Source: Akkermansiaceae bacterium
GTDB lineage: Bacteria > Verrucomicrobiota > Verrucomicrobiia > Verrucomicrobiales > Akkermansiaceae
Assembly (NCBI GenBank): GCA_041748235.1
Contig: JBGTDO010000029.1
Coordinates: forward strand, 6,345-70,344
Direction: 5' to 3'
DNA: 64,000 nt
Part shown: one piece after another, positions 28,507 through 36,735 of the stretch
Layout of the letters: each line of letters opens with the position of its first letter
Position numbering within the stretch: position 1 is the first letter of the stretch
Position numbers and translations under genes: made by a program
Notes under the pieces: generated by a model
What the model was told of the DNA's origin: nothing
The model's input: only the letters and a program-made list of their open reading frames with translations
Database searches by the model: none

Positions 28507-31500
28507 CTACGCTGGAACCGGTTCCGTTGCGGGAACTTCCGCAGCGGAAGGGGCGCGGAGGGAGAAGATGACGCTGAGGACCGCTGGGACGAGAAAGAGA
28601 GTGAAGATGGTGCTTACGGTGAGGCCGCCGACGACGACAGCACCGAGGCCGCGGTAGAGTTCGGAGCCGGCACCGGGCATGAGGACGAGTGGGAGCATGC
28701 CGCCGACGGATGTGAGGGTGCTCATGAGGATGGGGCGGACACGGCTGCGGACGCTTTCGATGACGGCGACCTGCGGCTCTAGGTTTCCTTCGTTCATGAA
28801 GTTGAGCGCCTGATGGACGATGAGAATTGCGTTGTTGACGACGACTCCGGCGAGGATGACGAAGCCGAGGATGGTGAGCATGTCCAGATTCTGCACCGGC
28901 AGGTAGCGGTCGGCGGTGCTCCATGCGTGGAGAATGGCGAGACCAAGGAATCCGCCAAAGGTTGCGAGCGGCACGCTGAGCATGATGACGAGGGGGTAGG
29001 TCCAGCTCTGGAACAGCACGACCATCAACAGGTAAATGACGATGAAGGCGAGGAAGAGGCTGCTGGTGAAAAACCCGGCAAGTGTGCCGTCACCCAACAG
29101 GGCGTTGCGGATATCGGCGAGTTTTCCTGCAGAGCCAGCGAGGGAAACATCCACGCCCGCAGGGATAACTCCTTTGGATTTCATATCGGCGACCAGGCTG
29201 TTGACCTGCTCAATGACGACTTCGAGCGGAACACCGGCGGGGGGAGTGAGTTCGAGGGTGACGGCGCGCTGCCGATCCACGTGGCGGATTTGATCGGGGC
29301 CGGTGACGCGGTCGAGAGTGGCTATGGAGCGGAGATCGACGATGGCTCCGCTGGGCGTGGCGATGGGCAGGTCGAGCAGGGCGTCGATGGGTTCTGTGTC
29401 CTCGCTGCGCTCTGTTAAAATCTTGATGTCCTTGAGTTCGCCGTTTTGCTCGTAGTTGCGGAAGAGAACGATGCCGTCTCCACCGGCTTGGACGGCGAGG
29501 CCGAGATCGGAGCGTGTCATGCCGAGTTCGCGGAGGCGTTCGTCGTTGGCGACGATCCGGAGTTCATCCAAGGGGAAGGCGAAGTTGGCAGGCTCGGGCT
29601 TGATGGTGCCTGGGCCGAACTGACCCATCAGGGCACCGAAGGTTGCGCCGGCGGCACCGGAGACGGCGTCGAGATCGCGACCTTTGAAATCGATTTGGAT
29701 CGCGGATCCGGTGGCACCTCCGAGGCGGAAGAGCGGCATCTGGAAGGTGAAAGCGAAGGTATCGGGAGCGGCGGTGCCGGAGGTGGCTTCGTTGAAAGCG
29801 GGGATGGCATCGATCACCCGTTTTTTGTCTCCCGATATGCCAACCTGGAACATCATACCTTCAAAGGAAACCAAGAAGTATTGATCAAGTGGAGGTGGCA
29901 TGACTTTGTGATCGGAACCGGGTGCGACGGCCACGGGTTGCCGGGTATCCTCCCGGGGTTTTCCACCGTTCAAGCGGGTTTCGATGCCGAACTTGTCAGG
30001 GGTTGCTTCCCACATTGGGCGAATCTTGTTTTCGATGCGTTTGCCCATTTCAGAGAGGGTGTCGAGATTGTATCCGGGCGGCGGGATGAGGAGGCCGAAG
30101 ACGACGTTGCGGTTGCCGGCGGGCAGGTAGTCCAGCGGGGGCAGGAGGATTTTGGTGCCGACGATCGTGATGACGGTGAAGCTGCCGATCAGGATGAGGC
30201 GGCGCGGCCATGTGGAGGTGACGGCGGCGACGGTATTGGCGCAGAGATCGGGAAGGCGGTTGAAGAGCCAGGTGAGGGGACGGAAGGGGAGTCCCAAAAT
30301 AGTAAAAAACTTTCCACCGAAGATGCGGTCAAAGGAGCTGGGGGCACCATCAACGTTTTTCTGGCTCAGCCATTTTCCGGCGGCCACTGGGATGAGAGTG
30401 ATGCTGACGATGAGGGAAATGCCGACAGAAGCCATGATGGCGAGCGCGATGTCGCGGAACAACTGACCGGCCTGCTCCTGGATCATTAGAATGGGAGCAA
30501 AAACGACGACGGTTGTTAGAGTGGAGGCGAGGACGGCGCCGGCGACTTCTCCCGCTCCATCAAGAGCCGCTTCCATAGGTTTTTTCCCCATGTCGAGGTG
30601 ACGGTAAATGTTCTCGATCACGACAATTGCGTTGTCCACGACCATGCCGACGGCGAAGGCGAGGCCGGCGAGCGAGATGATATTGATCGAGCGGCCGAGG
30701 GCGACGAGAACGACAAAGGAGGCGATGACGGAAACGGGGATCGCAATGGCGATGATGCCGACCGTACGGAGGCTTTTGAGGAAAAAAAGGAGGGTTACGG
30801 CAGCGAGGATGCCGCCGAGGATCAGATTGGACTTCACCAGCTCGAACGCGTCTTCGACATAGGTCGAGGAGTCATAGGTTTGGACCAGTTCTAGTTTTCC
30901 ATCGAGGCCGAGGATGCGGGAACGTTCTTCCAGCAGGCCGCCGGGTGCGTTGAGAGCGCCGACTTCCGCTTTCAGAAGCTCCATAGTCTCTAACAGGTTG
31001 GCGCCGCGTTGGAGCTGGAAGTTGAAGAACGATCCGCGGTGGCCGCGGGCGCGGACCCAAGAGGTCGGCTCTTTCCAGTCTTGGCGGATGGTGGCGATAT
31101 CGCGCAGGTAGACCGGTCCGCGTTCGTCGCGGAAGATGATCATTTCGCCAGCAGACTCAGGGCTTTCGAAGCGGCCGACGGCACGGACACGGAAGTCGCG
31201 TTTGCCGAGTTCGATCTTGCCGCCGGAGAAGTTGGCGTTGGCGCCGGTAATGCCGTTTCTCAGTTCTGAGAAGGTGATTCCGCGTTGGGCAAGTGCCTGG
31301 GGATCGACAACGATTTGCAGTTCGGATGCGGTTGCACCGCGAACGCCGACCTGGCTGATGCCCGGGATGCGCTCAAAGCGTGGCTTTATGCTGCGCTCCA
31401 TAAAATCATAAAGCTTGCCGGGATCGAAGTTCGGGTCGGTGGAGAAAAGGCCGATCCAAGATATATAATCGACCGAGTCGGGATCGACGTCTTCGACAAC

Positions 31501-31878
31501 GGGACGAAGGACGCCGCCGGGATAGCCGGGCACTTCATCGAGTTTCTGGAGGACTTCGGCTTGTGCCGCGTCGATGTCGGTGCCGGTCTCGAACTCAAGC
31601 CGGATGGTGCCTTGTCCGGCGGCGCTTTTGCTGGTCATTGAGGCGAGACCGGTGACCTCGCCGAGGACGCGTTCTTGTTCTTCGATGATATCGCTTTCAA
31701 TCTCTTCGGCTGATGCGTTTTCCCAATTGGTTGTGACGGCGATGACGATGGAGGAGACCTCCGGAGTCATGCGAACCGGCACCTGGGTGATGGCGAGGAT
31801 GCCTGCGAAGACGCTGAGCAGCGTCCCCACCGCGACGGTGATGGGTTGCCGAATAAGACCGGCGAGCAGAGTTTTCAC
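28507..31878 (-). CDS. RND efflux transporter permease (AcrB/AcrD/AcrF family)
   Basis: GMVVDNAIVVIENI, ASTLTTVVVFAP, GVVVNNAILIV, RVRPILMSTLTS; two large periplasmic loops. Confidence 0.95.
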   Translation of the reverse strand: MKTLLAGLIRQPITVAVGTLLSVFAGILAITQVPVRMTPEVSSIVIAVTTNWENASAEEIESDIIEEQERVLGEVTGLASMTSKSAAGQGTIRLEFETGTDIDAAQAEVLQKLDEVPGYPGGVLRPVVEDVDPDSVDYISWIGLFSTDPNFDPGKLYDFMERSIKPRFERIPGISQVGVRGATASELQIVVDPQALAQRGITFSELRNGITGANANFSGGKIELGKRDFRVRAVGRFESPESAGEMIIFRDERGPVYLRDIATIRQDWKEPTSWVRARGHRGSFFNFQLQRGANLLETMELLKAEVGALNAPGGLLEERSRILGLDGKLELVQTYDSSTYVEDAFELVKSNLILGGILAAVTLLFFLKSLRTVGIIAIAIPVSVIASFVVLVALGRSINIISLAGLAFAVGMVVDNAIVVIENIYRHLDMGKKPMEAALDGAGEVAGAVLASTLTTVVVFAPILMIQEQAGQLFRDIALAIMASVGISLIVSITLIPVAAGKWLSQKNVDGAPSSFDRIFGGKFFTILGLPFRPLTWLFNRLPDLCANTVAAVTSTWPRRLILIGSFTVITIVGTKILLPPLDYLPAGNRNVVFGLLIPPPGYNLDTLSEMGKRIENKIRPMWEATPDKFGIETRLNGGKPREDTRQPVAVAPGSDHKVMPPPLDQYFLVSFEGMMFQVGISGDKKRVIDAIPAFNEATSGTAAPDTFAFTFQMPLFRLGGATGSAIQIDFKGRDLDAVSGAAGATFGALMGQFGPGTIKPEPANFAFPLDELRIVANDERLRELGMTRSDLGLAVQAGGDGIVLFRNYEQNGELKDIKILTERSEDTEPIDALLDLPIATPSGAIVDLRSIATLDRVTGPDQIRHVDRQRAVTLELTPPAGVPLEVVIEQVNSLVADMKSKGVIPAGVDVSLAGSAGKLADIRNALLGDGTLAGFFTSSLFLAFIVIYLLMVVLFQSWTYPLVIMLSVPLATFGGFLGLAILHAWSTADRYLPVQNLDMLTILGFVILAGVVVNNAILIVHQALNFMNEGNLEPQVAVIESVRSRVRPILMSTLTSVGGMLPLVLMPGAGSELYRGLGAVVVGGLTVSTIFTLFLVPAVLSVIFSLRAPSAAEVPATEPVPA

Positions 31879-31900
31879 GGGATGATGGAAGTGTGGGGGG

Positions 31901-33127
31901 TTATTGCTTCAAGGCTTCCTGAGGCTGGGCATCGCCGGCGGCAACGCGGACCTCTGTCCATGGCTTTGGATCGACCGGCGCTCCAGGCATCAGGCGTTCG
32001 TTGCCTTCGACGATAACTTCGTTCCCAGGTTTGAGGTCGCCATCGGCGAGGATAGAATCGGCGTCGCGTTGGAAGAGAACCTGGACATCGACCCGCTTCG
32101 CCATGGGCGGAGAGCCTGTGGGAATATACACATAACTGCCGGAGTAGCCTTTCATCACGGCATCCACGGGGACGACCGTGCGTGAAACCGGAGCGCCGAG
32201 CGGAAGCGTGGCGGTGACGGAGGTGCCGGGGGTGAAATTCGTGCCGGCGTCCGGGAGGTGGACGATGACCGTGAAAAGGCGTGAACGGCCGTCGACGTCA
32301 GGGACGACGCGAACCTTGTCCGCGCGAGCGGATTCGGAGCGGTCGGGGAGGCGGATGTCGATGGCTTCCGGTGCGGTTTCGGCAAGACGCATCGCGTGGC
32401 GTTCCGGCAACTGGAGCCAGGCCTCGATTTCGCCGGTGGAAACGAGGGTGACAACGGGATCGCCTTCCCTAAGCCACTCGCCGAGTTCCGCGTGGCGGGC
32501 GACGATCCGGCCATCGAAGGGAGCGACGACTTGTAAGTCGGAGACCCGAACCTCGAAGAGTTCGAGTCGCTTTTTCGCAGCCTCAATGCTGTCGGTGGCG
32601 GCCTTTTGAATGGAGATTGCGACCTGCAGGCCCCGTGAGCTATCGAGGAATTCGCGCTCCGCGATGGCGCGGTCTTTCCACAGGCTTTCCATCATTTCCT
32701 TGTCGCGGTGGGCGCGGACCAGTTCCGCTTCGCGCTGGGCGAGTTGGGCCTCGGCCATGGTGAGAGCGGCTTTCGCTTCTTCCGACTGGGCGGCGAGGCG
32801 GCGGCCGTCGAGCGTGGCGATGAGGTCGCCTTTTTTCACGTTGTCACCTTCGTCGACGTGGATCTCACTGACAGCGGCGGGCTCCAGAGCGGCGATTTCG
32901 GCGCGGCGGACGGCGCGGAGTGTTCCGGTGACAGTGAGAGTTTCAGCAACGTCGCGGCGTTCAGCGGCCCGGACGATTACAGTGCTCGGTGGCATACCTC
33001 CGGGCGGGCCCGCCGCGGCTTCCTGAGGCTTCGCCTCGCGGAGCGCTTTCCAACTGAAGTAGGAACCTAGGACCAGAAGGGCGAGGACGCCGAGCCAGCC
33101 GAGAAGAGATTTGATGGAAGATTTCAT
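31901..33127 (-). CDS. RND efflux periplasmic adaptor (membrane fusion protein)
   Basis: N-terminal TM, lipoyl-like VDEGDNVKKGDLIA, coiled-coil hairpin, VVAPFDGRI. Confidence 0.92.
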   Translation of the reverse strand: MKSSIKSLLGWLGVLALLVLGSYFSWKALREAKPQEAAAGPPGGMPPSTVIVRAAERRDVAETLTVTGTLRAVRRAEIAALEPAAVSEIHVDEGDNVKKGDLIATLDGRRLAAQSEEAKAALTMAEAQLAQREAELVRAHRDKEMMESLWKDRAIAEREFLDSSRGLQVAISIQKAATDSIEAAKKRLELFEVRVSDLQVVAPFDGRIVARHAELGEWLREGDPVVTLVSTGEIEAWLQLPERHAMRLAETAPEAIDIRLPDRSESARADKVRVVPDVDGRSRLFTVIVHLPDAGTNFTPGTSVTATLPLGAPVSRTVVPVDAVMKGYSGSYVYIPTGSPPMAKRVDVQVLFQRDADSILADGDLKPGNEVIVEGNERLMPGAPVDPKPWTEVRVAAGDAQPQEALKQ

Positions 33128-33156
33128 GGGGAGGAGGTAGTGCAATGAGAGGTAAG

Positions 33157-33172
33157 TGGACCGGATGGTCTA
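33157..33172. promoter_or_regulatory. Candidate TetR operator upstream of the adaptor gene
   Basis: TGGACC-GGAT-GGTCTA, a near-palindrome resembling the site at 33787-33805. Confidence 0.55.
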
Positions 33173-33182
33173 GTCGGAGGGA

Positions 33183-33770
33183 TCAGGGTGACAGCATTTG
33201 TTTGATAAACTGGAGGGCGCTGCGGAAGGGGGCGGTGTTGCAGAGGGTGGCGGCGCGCTGAGTGGCGCCGGTCCAGAGATCTAGGATCACGGTGGCCATG
33301 ATGGCGGGATCAACGCGGTTGGCGATGGTACCTGCTTCGATGCCTTCGCGGATGACCTCAGCGATGATCGTGGTGGTCTGGACCGAACCTTTGGCGAGCA
33401 CTTCCCGCATGGCGGGGCTGTAGCCAGAGACTTCCGAAGAGAGTTTCACCGACAGGCAGGGGCATTTTCCATCATTTTCACAGCATTTGGCGATACCGGT
33501 TTCGAGGAATGTGAGGAGCCGTTGGTAGGGGTCCGGCTCGGGGACAGGGGAGAGCAGCATCTTGGTTTTATACTCAAGGGCCTCCGCGACGTAGAATTCC
33601 AGCAGCTCCACGCCAAACTGTTCTTTCGACTTGAAGTGATGATAGAAGGATCCCTTGGGCACGTTGACGGCACTGAGGATTTCGTTGAGGCCGACGGCAT
33701 GAAAGCCTTTCTCGAGCATCAAGGTCTCGGCAGCTTTGAGGATTTTAAGTTTGGTCGGGTTGTCGCTCAC
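33183..33770 (-). CDS. TetR family regulator (NemR-like)
   Basis: KGFHAVGLNEILSAVNVPKGSFYHHFKSKEQFG; Cys-rich C-terminal domain with CLSVKLSSEV. Confidence 0.9.
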   Translation of the reverse strand: MSDNPTKLKILKAAETLMLEKGFHAVGLNEILSAVNVPKGSFYHHFKSKEQFGVELLEFYVAEALEYKTKMLLSPVPEPDPYQRLLTFLETGIAKCCENDGKCPCLSVKLSSEVSGYSPAMREVLAKGSVQTTTIIAEVIREGIEAGTIANRVDPAIMATVILDLWTGATQRAATLCNTAPFRSALQFIKQMLSP

Positions 33771-33786
33771 GTTTGGTGGAGTTGGA

Positions 33787-33805
33787 ACTAGACCAGTCGT
33801 CTAGT
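33787..33805. promoter_or_regulatory. Palindromic TetR operator (autoregulatory)
   Basis: ACTAGAC-CAGTC-GTCTAGT, a perfect 7-5-7 inverted repeat 16 nt upstream of the tetR start. Confidence 0.7.
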
Positions 33806-33809
33806 GCGG

Positions 33810-34010
33810 TCAACGCTTTTCGAGCGAGATGACATCCCCTGCCACATTTGCGAACATCCGCACATGGCCGTCCTAAGAGGCCACGAAGCCGATCACGTCC
33901 GTCTCGACCATGCAGAGCCGGTAGACCGAACGGTGCCTGGTGCCATCGCCGCTAACATTCAAGCTGTCACGACCCTTGCTGCAAATTCCATAACCTGGTC
34001 CGCCTGAAGC
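33810..34010 (-). pseudogene. Remnant of a diadenylate-cyclase (DisA_N/DAC)-like domain
   Basis: Minus-strand frame reads ...DGTRHRSVYRLCMVETDVIGFVAS*DGHVRMFANVAGDVI..., with TAG at 33875-33873 where DAC proteins have S-Q/E-D-G. Confidence 0.6.
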
Positions 34011-34194
34011 TCACCCCGGTCGACGCGGAACTCGCGCACGGCTTGAGGACCCGTTGGGACGACGAGGGCTGCCGGTGGAGGATCCAACCGGTTGTTTGTG
34101 ACAACCGGCGATTTATTTTAAAATTTCTTGCTACGCAATCAAGTTTCAGAGCTGATACGCGAATTGCCCAGCTGTTTTCCCTCTTGAGACACTT

Positions 34195-35031
34195 ATGAAA
34201 ACATCTTTCCCGTCTCTGCTTGTCTTTTTTTTAATGGCTTCCTTGGGCGTAGCGTTCCCTCCAGCTCCTTATTATACGCTCTACGGGACGGTGCGGGATC
34301 AGGTCGGGCAGAAGATCACGGCGGAAGGCGCGATGCTGATATTGCTCAAGGGAGGTGCTGAGATCGGCCGCACTCCGGTCACATCGAATTTATTGGATCA
34401 GAGCTACGAGCTGAACATGCGCATCGATCAGAGCCGGTCGGGAACCACGTTCTATACCGACAAGGCGGTGGCGGCACAGGGCTTGTTTAGTCTCGCAGTG
34501 GAAATGAATGGAGCGCTGTTTTATCCCATTGAAGTAGCGGGCAGTCTAACAGCAGGCAAGGGTGGGGAAAGGGTAAGGCTGGATTTAAATCTAGGTGTGG
34601 ATTCGGACGGCGATGGATTGCCGGACGTTTGGGAACAGTGGCAGCTATATCAGGCCGGCTATTCCCCCGACGATGATGGCAACTGGGATCTAAGCCTTAT
34701 CGACAGGGAAGGGGACTTCGACAAGGATGGTCAGAGCAACGTTCTGGAGTATATCGCCGGCACCTTTGCAGGGGATGCGACGGAAACCTTCGGACTGACC
34801 ATTAAGGAGAAGTTGGAAACGAGTGCCCGCTTCGAGTTCTATGCAATCACGGGGAAAACTTATACAATTGAAAGCAGTCTTGATATGAAGAGCTGGACCC
34901 GGATTCCCTTCGCCGTGGGAGCGCCTGCAGTGGGCAATCAAGCTTATGAAGCCACGAACGTCGGAGTGGTCTCCGCTTTCACCCCGCTCCGTGGCGGCGG
35001 GCGCGAATTTTATAGACTCTCCGTCCGATGA
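34195..35031 (+). CDS. Exported protein with Ca-binding DxDxDG motifs and verrucomicrobial C-terminal domain (operon gene 1)
   Basis: Signal peptide; DSDGDGLPDVWE, DFDKDGQSNVLEY; C-terminal YTIESSLDMKSW...EFYRLSVR. Confidence 0.8.
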   Translation: MKTSFPSLLVFFLMASLGVAFPPAPYYTLYGTVRDQVGQKITAEGAMLILLKGGAEIGRTPVTSNLLDQSYELNMRIDQSRSGTTFYTDKAVAAQGLFSLAVEMNGALFYPIEVAGSLTAGKGGERVRLDLNLGVDSDGDGLPDVWEQWQLYQAGYSPDDDGNWDLSLIDREGDFDKDGQSNVLEYIAGTFAGDATETFGLTIKEKLETSARFEFYAITGKTYTIESSLDMKSWTRIPFAVGAPAVGNQAYEATNVGVVSAFTPLRGGGREFYRLSVR

Positions 35032-36701
35032 AACGACTTCCACTACTTGCATTTCTTCTGCTTCTGCTGTTAGGCGCCTCCGCCCATGGCCAGTGGCAAA
35101 CCACGACCTATACCCTCAAGGGCGGCTGGAGCTCGATTTATCTGAGCGGGGACGCGAAGCAGGGCACCTTGGACGACATCTTCCCCGCGACTGTGACGGA
35201 AGTGTGGCGCTGGAATCCAAATCCCTCCCAAGTTCAATTCACCGAATCACCATTGATTCCATCGGCGGGCACGTCTGAGTGGAGTGTCTGGAGACGCGGC
35301 TTCCCTGCGGAAAGCACCTTCTCAGAGCTGACGGGCCAGCGTGCGTACCTTGTGAAATCCACGGGCACCGCCGCCACCACCTACACAGTGGCGATCAAGC
35401 AATTTCCATTTGTTCCTCGGGCCGCGTGGGTTCGTAATGGAGCAAATTTGATGGGCTTCCCCACTGCCGGGAGCGGGGCTTCCTCTCCGACGATTGCTAG
35501 TTACTTTGCAACCTTTCCTGCGGCCATCGCTGCGAATACGAAAATTTTCAAATACAACGGCGGCGAGTTGGGTCCGGGTAATCCGGTGCAGGTTTTCTCC
35601 ACTGCTAATGAGAGGCTCGACCGCACCCAAGCATATTGGTTTTCGGCCGAGGTCGTGGAAAACTTTTACGCTCCGCTAGAAATCAACCTCTCCGATAGCA
35701 GTGGCCTTGATTTCGGGCGTTTAGGCTCGACGATCACCGCCAGCATTCGCAATCGCAGCAATGCGGTTGTGACGGTGACGCTGGCCCCGGTGGCCAGTGA
35801 AGCCAGTCCGGCGGGTCAGACAGCCATAACGGGCTCGGTTCCTCTGACCAGGCGGACATTTGACAATTCCTCGCTGCTCTGGATCGAGACGCCGATCACC
35901 AGCGCCTTCACCGTTGTCATCGGCCCCAAGGCCACGACGCAATTGCAATTTGGAGTGGATCGCGGCGCGATGGGGGGCGGCAACGACGCGCTGTATGCCT
36001 CATTTCTCCGGATCACTGACAGTGGTAATCTGATGGACGTGGTTCTGCCGGCCCGTGCACAGCCCTCGTCCTCCGCAGGCCTGTGGGTCGGGGACATCAC
36101 GCTTTCCGCCGTTGGCAGCAAGGTGCCGGGATCTCCAGGAGAAACCACTTCTGAACCGCTTCCTCTGCGGGCACTCCTGCATGTGGCTGACGACGGCACC
36201 GCCAGCCTCCTTTCCCACGTCTTTCTCGGACAGCTTGCTGTCGCTCCGAACGACTTCGGGATCTGCACGCGGGAGTCTCTGTTGAAGCAGGATGCAAAGG
36301 CAACCGCCCAGCGACTTGTGGCCGCGCACCTACCGCTCGATCAGGTAATCACGGGTGCCGGCACCGTCGCCCTGCCGGGCACCCTCACCTGTGTGGTCAC
36401 CGTCCCTCACAATGATCCTACGAATCCTTTCGTGCACCAGTATCATCCTGATCATGACAATAAGGACGCCCGCTTCCAGCCCGTAGGCCCCGGCGTCGAG
36501 AGTTATACGATCACCCGCACCTGCACCTTCACCTTCACCGCTTCGCCACCGGCTGGCAGCACCGTCTCCAGCGGCTGGGGCAGCAGTGTCCTCGGCGGCA
36601 CTTATTCGGAAAGCATTTCCGGTATCTATAAAGAGCCAATCATCGTCTCCGGAACCTTCCAGCTGAACCGCGCGTCGGAAATCGGCACCCTCAGTCAATA
36701 A
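35028..36701 (+). CDS. Exported beta-rich protein of unknown function (operon gene 2)
   Basis: Signal peptide (AHG|QWQ); LKGGWSSIYL; NPFVHQYHPDHDN motif; ATGA overlap with gene 1. Confidence 0.8.
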   Translation: MKRLPLLAFLLLLLLGASAHGQWQTTTYTLKGGWSSIYLSGDAKQGTLDDIFPATVTEVWRWNPNPSQVQFTESPLIPSAGTSEWSVWRRGFPAESTFSELTGQRAYLVKSTGTAATTYTVAIKQFPFVPRAAWVRNGANLMGFPTAGSGASSPTIASYFATFPAAIAANTKIFKYNGGELGPGNPVQVFSTANERLDRTQAYWFSAEVVENFYAPLEINLSDSSGLDFGRLGSTITASIRNRSNAVVTVTLAPVASEASPAGQTAITGSVPLTRRTFDNSSLLWIETPITSAFTVVIGPKATTQLQFGVDRGAMGGGNDALYASFLRITDSGNLMDVVLPARAQPSSSAGLWVGDITLSAVGSKVPGSPGETTSEPLPLRALLHVADDGTASLLSHVFLGQLAVAPNDFGICTRESLLKQDAKATAQRLVAAHLPLDQVITGAGTVALPGTLTCVVTVPHNDPTNPFVHQYHPDHDNKDARFQPVGPGVESYTITRTCTFTFTASPPAGSTVSSGWGSSVLGGTYSESISGIYKEPIIVSGTFQLNRASEIGTLSQ

Positions 36702-36735
36702 CTGTTATTTCGACCAATCTCAACTCATCATCCGC

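Noticed and set aside
29446-30489. 347-aa plus-strand ORF
   Set aside because: Antisense to the RND permease.
33804-34007. 67-aa plus-strand ORF
   Set aside because: Better explained as the antisense of the DAC-like remnant.
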